Virus record (IMG/VR): IMGVR_UViG_3300027734_000046
Location: 1-64,000 of that record
Strand: one strand, 5' to 3'
Source of the DNA: an uncultured virus (IMG/VR IMGVR_UViG_3300027734_000046)
Lineage: Duplodnaviria; Heunggongvirae; Uroviricota; Caudoviricetes
DNA: 64,000 bases
Every line of letters begins with the position of its first letter. Position 1 is the stretch's first letter. The position numbers were made by a program, and so were the translations under genes. Below are positions 49,375 to 59,437 of the stretch, one piece after another. The notes below the pieces were generated by a model, which saw only the letters and a program-made list of their open reading frames with translations, had not been told where the DNA came from and ran no database searches.

Positions 49375-50423
49375 ATTGTATTACCGATTAATTGAAATTT
49401 ACCTGTTGCTAAATTTGATTTATATACTCTTATACTAACAGTGCTATTGGCACTTATTGCTATTGGTGACGTTAATGTCAATCCATCAAACACACCAACA
49501 CCATTAACTGATATTACAATCCTGCTAATATCCTCAACATTTATTAGTTGGTTAAAACTAATAGCATATTGCGCATTAAATGAAAACCTAGGTTCAGACC
49601 TTGGTTTAAATACAAACGTATACGTCGCGGTATTCCCCTTTACAATAGGGTCAAATATAACATTATGAAATGTTTTATTTTCATCCAACTCAATTAGTGT
49701 ATACACCCTATTAATAGTTGGGATAACCTCAAAATCATTTTCGTCTAAAATATATCCAAGTAATGTCATATCAAATAATTGAACATAAAATCTTGCATTT
49801 TCAAAATCATCAATATCACTCTCGTCACTAATACCCTCTAAATGAACGGGCATTGGATGCCCTTTAACATTAATGTATGCTTGTCTAGATTGAAATGTTC
49901 TTTGAACCAACGAATTTAATTTATTTAAATCCTTCATTCTATTTGTAAAAATCCTAATCTCGTAACTAATATCAACAGATGTCGGTTGCGGTACCTTATA
50001 TACATCAACACCCTTTCTAGCTCCATCCCAAGTTGGAACTTTCATGTATGTGTAGGTTCTATTTCCTGGAATATTGTAATTACCTGCTTGGTTTTGACCT
50101 ACTTGAGCATCTGGTTTTCTAACAATTGTAATAAAAGGTAATTGTATATCGTTATACTTATCACTAAATTGCCATGTTTTTGTAAATTCAGACCATCTTT
50201 GTATTGTTAAAAATAATACAGGCACCTTTCCATCATCAACAGTAATACCTAATTCATTTTTAACAAAATCAACAAATGTTTCATCCATATCTTCTTCAGA
50301 AACACCTCTTGGTAAAAAAGTACCGTGGTCTGCAATATCGTCAAGAATTTCTTGTCTTCTTTCTGGGCCAATCTTACCTGGATTAATATTTATGTTATTT
50401 CTAAAGCCTTTTGGAACTGCCAT
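49371..50423 (-). CDS. Tail terminator / sheath-stabiliser (T4 gp15-like)
   Basis: QRW...LPFITIVR...PTSVDISYEIRIFT...LNKL pattern, next to a head-closure-like gene. Confidence 0.6.
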   Translation of the reverse strand: MAVPKGFRNNININPGKIGPERRQEILDDIADHGTFLPRGVSEEDMDETFVDFVKNELGITVDDGKVPVLFLTIQRWSEFTKTWQFSDKYNDIQLPFITIVRKPDAQVGQNQAGNYNIPGNRTYTYMKVPTWDGARKGVDVYKVPQPTSVDISYEIRIFTNRMKDLNKLNSLVQRTFQSRQAYINVKGHPMPVHLEGISDESDIDDFENARFYVQLFDMTLLGYILDENDFEVIPTINRVYTLIELDENKTFHNVIFDPIVKGNTATYTFVFKPRSEPRFSFNAQYAISFNQLINVEDISRIVISVNGVGVFDGLTLTSPIAISANSTVSIRVYKSNLATGKFQLIGNTI

Positions 50424-50448
50424 TTTTTTATTTTTAATTTAATTTTTA

Positions 50449-50970
50449 TTACAAAGCGCGAAACTCTGAAGAATCCACAGGTGCACAAAGAATTGTTCTA
50501 AATGCACCCTTCCACCCCATTATTGTATGCGCGTTATCAAAATTCTTTTTTCCATCATTTGATACACTAAAATATATTATACTTGTTTCAGTTACTGGAT
50601 ATCCGATATAATCACCATAAAGAATATCAATTTTTTGTTCGGTAAGCTGAGCATCATAAATACCGAATGTTAATGGTCCATCTAGTAAATATCTAGCCGA
50701 ACCATTTGGGTTATAGGTTCTATTTTCTGGTTCCGCCATTATTGGTATTACCTTAAGCTCAATTGGTGGTAAAAATCTAATACCATCTTTGGTTGCTTCG
50801 GTATACAAATCATCATACTGAGTCATCTCTCTATCAACTCTATAAAGAATAACGGTAAAATTACCATCACCTTCAATAGCTTCTCTACTCATACTAACTT
50901 CTAGTTCAAAATCTTCACCAGAAAAAAACTTGTTTATTCGCGTTATTGGTGTTATTTTAGAGTTTACCAT
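50449..50970 (-). CDS. Neck / head-closure protein (T4 gp14-like)
   Basis: VILYRVD...DDLYTE...F.PPIEL...GDYI pattern, context, ATATTTAT upstream. Confidence 0.6.
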   Translation of the reverse strand: MVNSKITPITRINKFFSGEDFELEVSMSREAIEGDGNFTVILYRVDREMTQYDDLYTEATKDGIRFLPPIELKVIPIMAEPENRTYNPNGSARYLLDGPLTFGIYDAQLTEQKIDILYGDYIGYPVTETSIIYFSVSNDGKKNFDNAHTIMGWKGAFRTILCAPVDSSEFRAL

Positions 50971-51017
50971 ATCTTTTATTCATAAATATTTAGATTAGGT
51001 TAAATATTCTTAAGTAC

Positions 51018-51062
51018 TTGATTTTATTTGATATTTTATTATATTAGTAATATAATATTTAT
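51018..51062 (+). promoter_or_regulatory. Composite promoter region for the SNF2 helicase gene
   Basis: TTG(51018-51020)-N19-TATATTAG(51040-51047, one mismatch to TAnnTTTG), plus ATATTTAT at 51055-51062. Confidence 0.55.
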
Positions 51063-51079
51063 ATTAAAATACAGTCAAA

Positions 51080-52927
51080 TTGATTAATTTAGACGATATC
51101 AAGGGTCATTCAGCACTTAACTTATTGGAAGAATATTCTGGTATAAATCCGTATATTCGCAAAATGAAAAAGGAATATTTAAAAAATAAAAAAATTACAT
51201 TAACGGAAACGCAAATAAAATACATTATTGACAACCATCAAAAGGAACCTATACCGATAAATAAAGTTGTAAATATCACACCTTTCTTAGGTGAAGAACT
51301 ACAAAAAAAAGAAGAACTATCTTTTTTACCTGAAAGAGTATTGATTGAATATATTTTAGCAGAAAACGAAAAAACATTTCACATATATGGTAAGCTAAAA
51401 AGAAACCAAACAGAATCAAAAATGTATTGGTTACCAAAAACACAAGTTTTAGACGACCCATATTATGAAAAAATAGATATAGATGTAAATTTTGATAAAT
51501 ATAATGACGTTTTAAAGAAAACAGGAAAACAATTATACAAACATCAAGAAGAAGGTATAAAATTTTTATTATCTAGAAACGGTAGTATCCTAGCTGACGA
51601 TATGGGATTGGGCAAGTCAATACAATCAATCATTGCAGCGCTAGAAAGCGGTGCTAAAAACATACTTGTTGTTTGCCCCTCAGCTGTTAAAATAAATTGG
51701 AAACGAGAAATAAATGTATTTTGTGACGACGTCGCTATCGTTGAGGGTAGAAAATGGCAAAACGCAAAATTTACTATCATTAATTATGACATCCTTAAAA
51801 ACTTTCATACACTAGGTGACGGTAAAAAGAAAAAAGATACCGACCCAGTATTAGAATATAATAGACACATAGTAAATGCAAAGTTTGACCTTGTTATTGT
51901 AGATGAAGCACATTACTTAAAAAACAATAAAAGCATTCGTGGTGAAATAATGGTCGACTTGGTTGTTAACCATAATATTGAAAGAGTTTGGTTATTAACA
52001 GGAACACCTGTGGCCAATAGACCAATGGACTTCTTTAACTTATTAAAGATAATTAAATCACCAATAGCGGATAATTGGCAATATTTTGCAACCAGATATT
52101 GCGATGCAAGAAAATTCTTTAGAACATTAAAAAACGGACAAAGAAAACAAATATGGTTAACAGACGGAGCATCAAACCTAGACGAATTAGCAGCAAAAAC
52201 AAAAAATTTAATACTTAGAAGATTGAAAGAGAATGTGTTAGATATGCCAGATAAAGTTATTACACCTATGTACCATCAATTATCCGATAAAGGTTGGGAC
52301 GAGTACGATAGACTTTGGGAAGATTATTTAGATAAAAGAAAAGCTGAAAAGAAAAAAGGTTCAATACAAAGAGATTTGGTTGAACTAATTCTTTTAAGAA
52401 AGTTTATTGCTATTGAAGCCATCCCACAAACTATCGAGATGGTTGAAAACATATTAGAAACAGGTAAAAAAGTTATTATATTTACTAGTTTTACCGACGA
52501 ACTAAATGAACTGGCTGAACATTTTGGTAAATTATGCGTAACACATAATGGGCCCATGAATGATAAACAAAAACAACGTTCGGTTGATGATTTTCAAAAC
52601 AATGATAAAATTAAAGTATTTATTGGTAATATAAAATCGGCTGGTGTTGGTATCACATTAACAAAAGCTAATTTTGTTGTCTTTAATTCATTTGATTGGG
52701 TGCCAGGCAGCAACGAACAAGCCGAAGACAGAGCATATAGAATTGGACAAAATAATAACGTAAATGTTTACTATCAATTATTTGAAGATACAATATCAAC
52801 TAGAATGTGGGAAACACTTAGAACAAAAAAAGATATCATATCTACAATCATAGGTGATAATCAATTATCTGAAGAAGAAATAATTGAAATAATGACAAAT
52901 AAATTAATCGATGAAGACAATGGTTAG
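51080..52927 (+). CDS. SNF2-family (SMARCAL1/HARP-like) ATP-dependent helicase/translocase
   Basis: LADDMGLGKS, DEAH, LTGTPVANRP, GVGITLT, QAEDRAYRIGQ. TTG start. Confidence 0.9.
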   Translation: MINLDDIKGHSALNLLEEYSGINPYIRKMKKEYLKNKKITLTETQIKYIIDNHQKEPIPINKVVNITPFLGEELQKKEELSFLPERVLIEYILAENEKTFHIYGKLKRNQTESKMYWLPKTQVLDDPYYEKIDIDVNFDKYNDVLKKTGKQLYKHQEEGIKFLLSRNGSILADDMGLGKSIQSIIAALESGAKNILVVCPSAVKINWKREINVFCDDVAIVEGRKWQNAKFTIINYDILKNFHTLGDGKKKKDTDPVLEYNRHIVNAKFDLVIVDEAHYLKNNKSIRGEIMVDLVVNHNIERVWLLTGTPVANRPMDFFNLLKIIKSPIADNWQYFATRYCDARKFFRTLKNGQRKQIWLTDGASNLDELAAKTKNLILRRLKENVLDMPDKVITPMYHQLSDKGWDEYDRLWEDYLDKRKAEKKKGSIQRDLVELILLRKFIAIEAIPQTIEMVENILETGKKVIIFTSFTDELNELAEHFGKLCVTHNGPMNDKQKQRSVDDFQNNDKIKVFIGNIKSAGVGITLTKANFVVFNSFDWVPGSNEQAEDRAYRIGQNNNVNVYYQLFEDTISTRMWETLRTKKDIISTIIGDNQLSEEEIIEIMTNKLIDEDNG

Positions 52928-53174
52928 ATTATATACTGTTGAAAACTGCCCATATTGTGCAGAACTAAAAGAAATTTTTATAAATGAAGGTGTTGAATTT
53001 GTTGAGGTTGATGTTAACAAACCAGAAAACGAACCTGAATTTAATAAGCTATATGAAGTAGCAAAATGTGATGATGTACCAATGGTTAAAATTGGTCCAC
53101 AAATTCTTATCCCACATACTAGTTTCAGGTCAATTCGAGAAGCTGCCGATTTAACTAAGAAGTTTTTAGTTTAA
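52911..53174 (+). CDS. Glutaredoxin/NrdH-like redoxin
   Basis: CPYC active site, VP motif, 87 aa (start may be the ATG at 52920). Confidence 0.88.
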   Translation: MKTMVRLYTVENCPYCAELKEIFINEGVEFVEVDVNKPENEPEFNKLYEVAKCDDVPMVKIGPQILIPHTSFRSIREAADLTKKFLV

Positions 53175-53211
53175 TTCGTTATTTTCAAATATTTATAAGA
53201 AAATAACAAAT

Positions 53212-54360
53212 ATGTCAGTTAGCTCAGAAGACCGTGAAAGATTATTCACACAATTTAGACATTCAGTTGGCGCACCTATTCGTCAAATAGAAATGACAGA
53301 CGACCAACTGTGTACCTTATTGGACATAGCCGTAGAGGATTATGCCCAATATGTTCAAGAATGGCTCGTAGAACATCAATGGTTATCAATACTTGGTAAA
53401 AACATCGATACAATCGATATGGCATTTGCTCTTAGCGTTAGGTCATTTGATTTTGTAACACAATATACATACGCGTACTCAAAACAAGTTGGACTACAAG
53501 CAGCTGGTCCATGGGAATTAAAAAAGGATTATGTTGAACTTGAAGAAGGTAGACAAGTATATCAAATTCCTGCAAACAGAGAAATAAACGAAGTTCTTTG
53601 GTTAACACCAACAGCCATTAGCCAAGCACTATTAGCAAACTATGGTGGTATTGACTACGGTTTTGGTGGTGGTTTTGCACAAATGGGTGGAGGATACGGC
53701 ACAGCTGGTACAGGTACTGGTGGCGGTAGAAGCGGATACTATATATCCCCAGCTTTTGATATATTATTAACAGCTTCGGATATGAATCTTAAAAATAGAA
53801 TTGTAAGAAGCGAATTAGTATATAAAATAACCGCTGGCCCTAATGGTACAAAATTATTACATCTCCTAAGTACACCTGGCTCAAGACTATCATTTGGTCA
53901 AGGTATTGGTGGTGTCGGAAACTCAATTAACTTATCTGGTTGTCAAGTATGGTATCACTATTATGATACAGATGGCGCAAACGTAGACGAATGCAGAAGA
54001 GACAATCCAGATATCATTAAATTACCAAACGAAGTACCACTTTCAAAATTAGATTATTCAACATTTAACGAACCAACTAAAACTCTTATCAGACAATTAT
54101 TTATTGCTGAAGCAAAGAGAGCGCTAGGTAGAGTAAGAGGTAAGTTTGGCGGTATTGTAGGTCCACCAGAGGCAGAAAGAACAATGGACTATGAAACACT
54201 TATTAGTGAAGGTAACGACGAAAGAAAGGCTGTTTTAGAAAGGCTGGACGCAAGACTTGATAGACTTTCATCTACAAAACAACTTGAAAGAGCTGCAAAT
54301 GAGTCAGAGTTTTTAAATAAACAATTAAAATATAGACCACTAGGTTTCTGGGTGTATTAA
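53212..54360 (+). CDS. Neck protein / head-tail adaptor (T4 gp13-like)
   Basis: GAPIRQIEMTDDQL and AKRALGRVRGKF...P.....DYETLISEG..E motifs are typical of gp13-like neck proteins. ATATTTAT upstream. Confidence 0.8.
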   Translation: MSVSSEDRERLFTQFRHSVGAPIRQIEMTDDQLCTLLDIAVEDYAQYVQEWLVEHQWLSILGKNIDTIDMAFALSVRSFDFVTQYTYAYSKQVGLQAAGPWELKKDYVELEEGRQVYQIPANREINEVLWLTPTAISQALLANYGGIDYGFGGGFAQMGGGYGTAGTGTGGGRSGYYISPAFDILLTASDMNLKNRIVRSELVYKITAGPNGTKLLHLLSTPGSRLSFGQGIGGVGNSINLSGCQVWYHYYDTDGANVDECRRDNPDIIKLPNEVPLSKLDYSTFNEPTKTLIRQLFIAEAKRALGRVRGKFGGIVGPPEAERTMDYETLISEGNDERKAVLERLDARLDRLSSTKQLERAANESEFLNKQLKYRPLGFWVY

Positions 54361-54366
54361 AATATT

Positions 54367-54393
54367 AATGGGAGGCAATGCCTCCCATTTTTT
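54367..54393. terminator. Terminator between convergent neck and polymerase genes
   Basis: AATGGGAGGCA-A-TGCCTCCCATT followed by TTTTT. Confidence 0.85.
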
Positions 54394-54394
54394 A

Positions 54395-57300
54395 TTAAAA
54401 GTTCCATTCATCATCTTCTATTTCATCTCTTTCTGTTTTTAGGCTTTCCATCAGCACTTTAACATAATCAACCTCAGCAGCTGGCTCGGTATCAGGTGTA
54501 AAACTTTTCGTTTCGATTTCAAAATGAATCCTTTCAAGTTCTGGAATAAATTCATCTGTAACATCTAATTCTTCGGTATCGTCTTCTTCGTCTTCTTCGT
54601 CACCATCATCATCCTCTTCAGTTTCTTTCTTTTGTTTAACGGGTTTTAATTTTAACTGTGTTTCAATCGGTGCTATATTTTCTTTTAATGAAAGGATATC
54701 TTCACTAGACAATTGTTCGCCACCCAAACCTATTTCTATCGATTGCTCCGATTTGTATTCCAACCATAATTCGTATCTATTATCAGAATGTTTGTTGGTG
54801 TTTTTATACCAATAACTTCTTTCAATCGCCTCATTCTCATATTTAAACATTTCATTAACATGGTATAATTGAGCACCCCATTTTCTAGAAATAAAATATC
54901 CACCCTCATTAACCGTTGCGATGATTAATATCTCTTTTGGTAGAATTAACTTTTCGGAAACATCATCTAATTCATTAATTTCCATTTGTTTAAAGATACT
55001 ATCTAATCTATCTAATTCAAACTTAATACCATTTTCTCTTTCAATAATCATTCTTTGACGATAGTCATCTCTAGTTGCGTACCAATCATTTTCATCCATA
55101 TTATTTGGTACTTTATTAACAGAATCCCAGAATCTTATTTCTTTATCTTCCATTGTCATAAGTTCTTCGTAGGTATCTTGGTCTGTTGGTTTATTTGGCA
55201 TACCTGATACAAGCGTACATTGCTCTTCCGTGAATATATTTTTATCTGTTAACTTTTCAAGTTTAGTTTTCTTATCCTTTTTAATTGTCAATAATATCCT
55301 ATCTCTAATATCAGAATGAAAACAAACTAATAGTGGTTTAACTTTTTTATTAAATGATTCCAAATATTTTGCAACATTATAATCATCAGTTAACAATCCA
55401 GATTCAATCTGTTCAATTTGTGAATTGATTTCGTTTATTTTATCTTCATCAGCAACACCTACCAATAACTTTTTAAGTGTTTCAATCTCTTTAATCATTT
55501 CTAGGTTTGAATCAACAACTAATGTGTCAATTAATTGACAATTGATTTGTATTTCCGTTTCAAACTTAGGGTAATGACCATTAGCATTAAAATACGTTTC
55601 CAATTCTTTTTTTGTCATCTTAGACTTATTCAAAGTCTTTATATCACCCTGCGTTTTACCCTTACCTGTATTAACATAATAAATTGTATCACCAAGATTA
55701 ACATTTAAATCATGTTTAAGTGCCAATTCCATGTGCGCCTGTTTAGGCATTGGATTGCCAGCTTTATTTTTCTTATTCGCTTTAGCCTTATATTCAGAAA
55801 TAGAACATTTAACTTTTGATTTAGATGCAATTTTAACTAGCGGTATGTTGAAGTTATAAATCTTATCTACATAGTCATGATAATGGGTGATGAATTCCTT
55901 ACCCTTACCATCAAGCAATAACCTAATCGCCTTATCTAAAAAATCTTCGATATATACAGGCATCTTTTTAGACTTGATAGAGTTACCAACAAACTTAATT
56001 TTACCACCTATATCATTTGCGTAGTTCTTTCTAGAAAAGTTAATCGTTGAATTACAAATATCATCAATATCTAAACCCATCCTACCAATCATATAATTTT
56101 CATTAAACTCGGCCAACACTGCCTCTAACCCAACTAATTCAACACCAGCATTTTTTTCTGTTTTCCAATGTGAGCCCCTAGCTAAATATTTAATATCATT
56201 AATATTATCAGGGAACGAAAAGTTGAAACCATCCGTATCACCAACAAGCGCTTTAAAACCATATTTCTCACTAAAATGCCTAACCATCAATCTAAGATAC
56301 TGACGACCACGACAAGTAGTTTCTTCTGCACAGTTTGTATCACCCCAGTTAAAAATATACGGGGCACCATAAGCACCGAACCAAGAGTTAGCTAATATCT
56401 TTAACGGCAATTGTTTTTTGTCATAAAGACCAGCCAAAGCTTTGTGTTTTTTGATTTCTTTTGTATGGTTTTCCAAACCATCACCGAGAGTGTTTTCAAT
56501 AAGTTTTCGAAGCCCTTTAACAATATCTTTTTCTTCTGACGTAAGAAATTTAAACTTATCACGGGTATCAACAATGTATGTTAACAACCCTTCCATAACA
56601 CCACTAATATCTAAATCTGGAAAAATACCCCATGTTATCTCTGTTTTAGGATAAAGAGCAGCATAATCAAGTTTAACAACATTCCTAGCATAACCCACTT
56701 CAAGCAACCTAGAAAGACCACCAGTAAATTCTCTTTTTGGTTCAGTCTCTGGAATTGCCAATTCATTTTCATATGACCAAGCGGCCATGATTAATTTCCA
56801 CTGACTAGCGGTACCCATAGTAGAACTTCTACTATATGTTGTTGGTAACAGTTTAGAAATCAAAAATGCGGCCTGATTAAATATATTATCAATCTGCTCC
56901 GTTTCCCAAAGGTCATCTAATAGATATCTCTTAACAATATAATCACCACCAACCTCTTCATACCCTTCTTTTAACGGCATTCTATCTGATATCTTGTAAT
57001 AATCTCCGTTGGTATCGTTTAATGCGTATTTGCTTTCTTTGTCAGACCATGTTGAATGTATTTTATCACCAGCGACGTATACCCGATTTGGTTTTGCAAC
57101 ATCAGAATATTTTGTGATGTACTTTAACCCCCAACTTTTAATATCTGAATTAATAGCCTGTGCTCTACGAACAGAGTGAGCAATATCGATGATATTATAA
57201 CCCCACATGTACGTTTGTTCAAAAGTCTCTTGCTCATTACCTAGCTTAAGCATTGCAGGTTTTCTTTTCAGTGGGGTTTCCCCGTCCAGCGTTATCGCAA

Positions 57301-58087
57301 TATCATTTGCCGATATATACAATCTTTTGCAGGTATCAATAATAAATTTCCAGTCAAAAGACTCTGAGTTATAACCACTAATGATGTCGGGTTTAAGATG
57401 ATTAATAACTTTAAAAAAAGTTTTTAAATTTTTTCTTTCTGAATCTCTTCTTTCTTTATGTGTATCACCAGTTGTTTCTAACACGTATTCAAAACCCCTA
57501 TTGTCTTTCATTCCTATTTGGAATATTGCATTTTTAGAACCCAACAACCCCTCTGTCTCCAAGTCAAATTGAAAACGATGTAGGTCATTATAATCTTCCA
57601 TACCCTTAAACAACCTAATACCTGATTGAATCATAAATTGTTCAACAGGTGAGAACATGAAAAATAGTTTTGAATATTTTTTATCAAAAACATCAATACC
57701 ACCCTCCTTAAAAAATTGTATTAAATTATTATAAGACCCCTTACATTGAGCAATGTATTTATATCCGTTTTCTAATCTTTGGGGTACATCACCATTATCG
57801 TGGTGTGTTCTAAGGGCTTTTATCTTGATATTGTGCTTTTCTCTAGCCGCGATAATTTTACTTCTCTTGCCCTCATACATTATTTCCGTAACATCATGTT
57901 TAAACCATAAAAACGGTTGGAACTTATGTTTCTCTATTTTTTTACCCTCATCAGGGTCGTTTATAATAAGGTGTACAAATGGCTGATTGTAACTAGCTTC
58001 GATACTTACAACGTATTTTTTAGGGTTACTACCATGTAAAAAATTCTCAATAACTTCAGGGTCTACCTTCTTTTTATTATCACTCAT
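54395..58087 (-). CDS. Family B DNA polymerase with 3'-5' exonuclease
   Basis: ExoI FDLETE, ExoII YNSESFD, ExoIII YLLDD, region II LDYAALYP, region III KILANSWFG, region I GDTDG, RKNYA. Confidence 0.95.
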   Translation of the reverse strand: MSDNKKKVDPEVIENFLHGSNPKKYVVSIEASYNQPFVHLIINDPDEGKKIEKHKFQPFLWFKHDVTEIMYEGKRSKIIAAREKHNIKIKALRTHHDNGDVPQRLENGYKYIAQCKGSYNNLIQFFKEGGIDVFDKKYSKLFFMFSPVEQFMIQSGIRLFKGMEDYNDLHRFQFDLETEGLLGSKNAIFQIGMKDNRGFEYVLETTGDTHKERRDSERKNLKTFFKVINHLKPDIISGYNSESFDWKFIIDTCKRLYISANDIAITLDGETPLKRKPAMLKLGNEQETFEQTYMWGYNIIDIAHSVRRAQAINSDIKSWGLKYITKYSDVAKPNRVYVAGDKIHSTWSDKESKYALNDTNGDYYKISDRMPLKEGYEEVGGDYIVKRYLLDDLWETEQIDNIFNQAAFLISKLLPTTYSRSSTMGTASQWKLIMAAWSYENELAIPETEPKREFTGGLSRLLEVGYARNVVKLDYAALYPKTEITWGIFPDLDISGVMEGLLTYIVDTRDKFKFLTSEEKDIVKGLRKLIENTLGDGLENHTKEIKKHKALAGLYDKKQLPLKILANSWFGAYGAPYIFNWGDTNCAEETTCRGRQYLRLMVRHFSEKYGFKALVGDTDGFNFSFPDNINDIKYLARGSHWKTEKNAGVELVGLEAVLAEFNENYMIGRMGLDIDDICNSTINFSRKNYANDIGGKIKFVGNSIKSKKMPVYIEDFLDKAIRLLLDGKGKEFITHYHDYVDKIYNFNIPLVKIASKSKVKCSISEYKAKANKKNKAGNPMPKQAHMELALKHDLNVNLGDTIYYVNTGKGKTQGDIKTLNKSKMTKKELETYFNANGHYPKFETEIQINCQLIDTLVVDSNLEMIKEIETLKKLLVGVADEDKINEINSQIEQIESGLLTDDYNVAKYLESFNKKVKPLLVCFHSDIRDRILLTIKKDKKTKLEKLTDKNIFTEEQCTLVSGMPNKPTDQDTYEELMTMEDKEIRFWDSVNKVPNNMDENDWYATRDDYRQRMIIERENGIKFELDRLDSIFKQMEINELDDVSEKLILPKEILIIATVNEGGYFISRKWGAQLYHVNEMFKYENEAIERSYWYKNTNKHSDNRYELWLEYKSEQSIEIGLGGEQLSSEDILSLKENIAPIETQLKLKPVKQKKETEEDDDGDEEDEEDDTEELDVTDEFIPELERIHFEIETKSFTPDTEPAAEVDYVKVLMESLKTERDEIEDDEWNF

Positions 58088-58102
58088 TATAAAATATTTT
58101 TA

Positions 58103-58207
58103 CAAATATACAAAGGATATTACACCAAAACAAATTATTTGGGATAAAAAAATTTGAGCCCTTATGTAGGGCTCAACAAATATACGAAATATTTTTTAAA
58201 GATACAA
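58103..58207 (-). promoter_or_regulatory. Two Bacteroidetes-type promoters upstream of the polymerase, separated by a terminator-like hairpin
   Basis: TTG-N20-TATATTTG at 58133-58103 and at 58207-58177. Hairpin TTGAGCCCT...AGGGCTCAA at 58154-58176. Confidence 0.7.
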
Positions 58208-59437
58208 ATCAAATCCCTCGTCAACATCATTTTTTTCGGATGAATTTTGTGCGGCAACTTTATCAATTTCATCGATGATAAATTTAGCAACATCAGAAAT
58301 AACTTTTATGTTTGCTAAAATTTTTTCTTTATTAGCTTTCCATAACGCTAGGTATGTTGTTTGATGAGTAACTGGCAATCCATAATGTTTCATTACAATA
58401 TATGCAACACTTTCTGCTTGTAATTCTTTAATTGCACTATCATATTTAACCTCATCACCTTGATAGTATATTGATGATTTTTTCCAATGCATTAATTCGT
58501 GTGCTAATTCATGTATAAGTGTTGACACTTCACCAGCACCCTCAACTTCAGATGACATATTAATATGATTACCAGCGGAATAACCTTTCTCACCAGCTTT
58601 TGCATCACCCTTAGTTAATTTAACCCCCATAACATCAAGAATTTCTGATAAGTATTTATATAATTCTTTTGTTCTTTCGGTTGGTTCACTATCTTGAAAC
58701 CATTTTGGTGTTTCAGGAACATCACCTCTTTCGTCAATTGCCTCTGTATCAGAAATATCAAATACGTATACAGGCATAAACCTAACTGGCATACCCTTTT
58801 TAACTTCGTTATCTAATTGTGTATCATTAACTTGGGTATCATCTTTTGCTGTTTTTGACATAACAGGTGCAAATATCATAATTCCTTTTGCACCTTTTTT
58901 AACCCTTCTAAATTTCTTTTCCCATTGTCTAAAACCAGCAACTTTTTTTGCGTCTGGTTTTTGAATCCATATAAGTAATGTGTTATAAAAACTATGACCT
59001 CTAAACCCAGCAAAAAATGTAAGATATCTTTTAATCTCAGCGGTCATTGCTTTTTCATCGGTGGCATTTGCTAAATCTTGAACATACATGTTGATTTTAT
59101 CCATAAGATTTCCCTTACCTTTAAAATCTTCTGAATTAGAAACAAATTCTTCTAAGTTTTCAAGTTTATCAATAAATTCACCTGACTTATTAATATCAGA
59201 CAAAACTTTTTTAGCGTTTTCAAAATTATCCATATCTGTCACCCAAACTGGTGCGGGATAATTAGCACTTGGGCCCCATTTAAAACCAGAAGCTTTAAGT
59301 GTTTCTTTATTTCTAAATGTTTCTTGTGATGCTTTTTTTGCGTCAACCTCATTTGATTGAACAACCAGCATATTTTTATCTTTATCAGCCTTAAGTATCA
59401 ATGCTTCATCAAGCATTTTTTTTATTAAATCTATCAT
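58196..59437 (-). CDS. ArdC-like ssDNA-binding/antirestriction protein with zincin-like metallopeptidase domain
   Basis: HSFYNTLLI, VAGFRQW...RRVKKGAKGI.IFAP, F.PVYVFDISDT (ArdC N-domain), HELAHE...ELQAESVAY (HExxH + E). Confidence 0.8.
   Translation of the reverse strand: MIDLIKKMLDEALILKADKDKNMLVVQSNEVDAKKASQETFRNKETLKASGFKWGPSANYPAPVWVTDMDNFENAKKVLSDINKSGEFIDKLENLEEFVSNSEDFKGKGNLMDKINMYVQDLANATDEKAMTAEIKRYLTFFAGFRGHSFYNTLLIWIQKPDAKKVAGFRQWEKKFRRVKKGAKGIMIFAPVMSKTAKDDTQVNDTQLDNEVKKGMPVRFMPVYVFDISDTEAIDERGDVPETPKWFQDSEPTERTKELYKYLSEILDVMGVKLTKGDAKAGEKGYSAGNHINMSSEVEGAGEVSTLIHELAHELMHWKKSSIYYQGDEVKYDSAIKELQAESVAYIVMKHYGLPVTHQTTYLALWKANKEKILANIKVISDVAKFIIDEIDKVAAQNSSEKNDVDEGFDLYL

Noticed and set aside
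54395..58087. Intein or intron in the polymerase (also checked nrdJ and the helicases)
   Set aside because: No C/S...HN-C/S/T splice junctions or LAGLIDADG motifs seen, and catalytic motifs are in uninterrupted frames.
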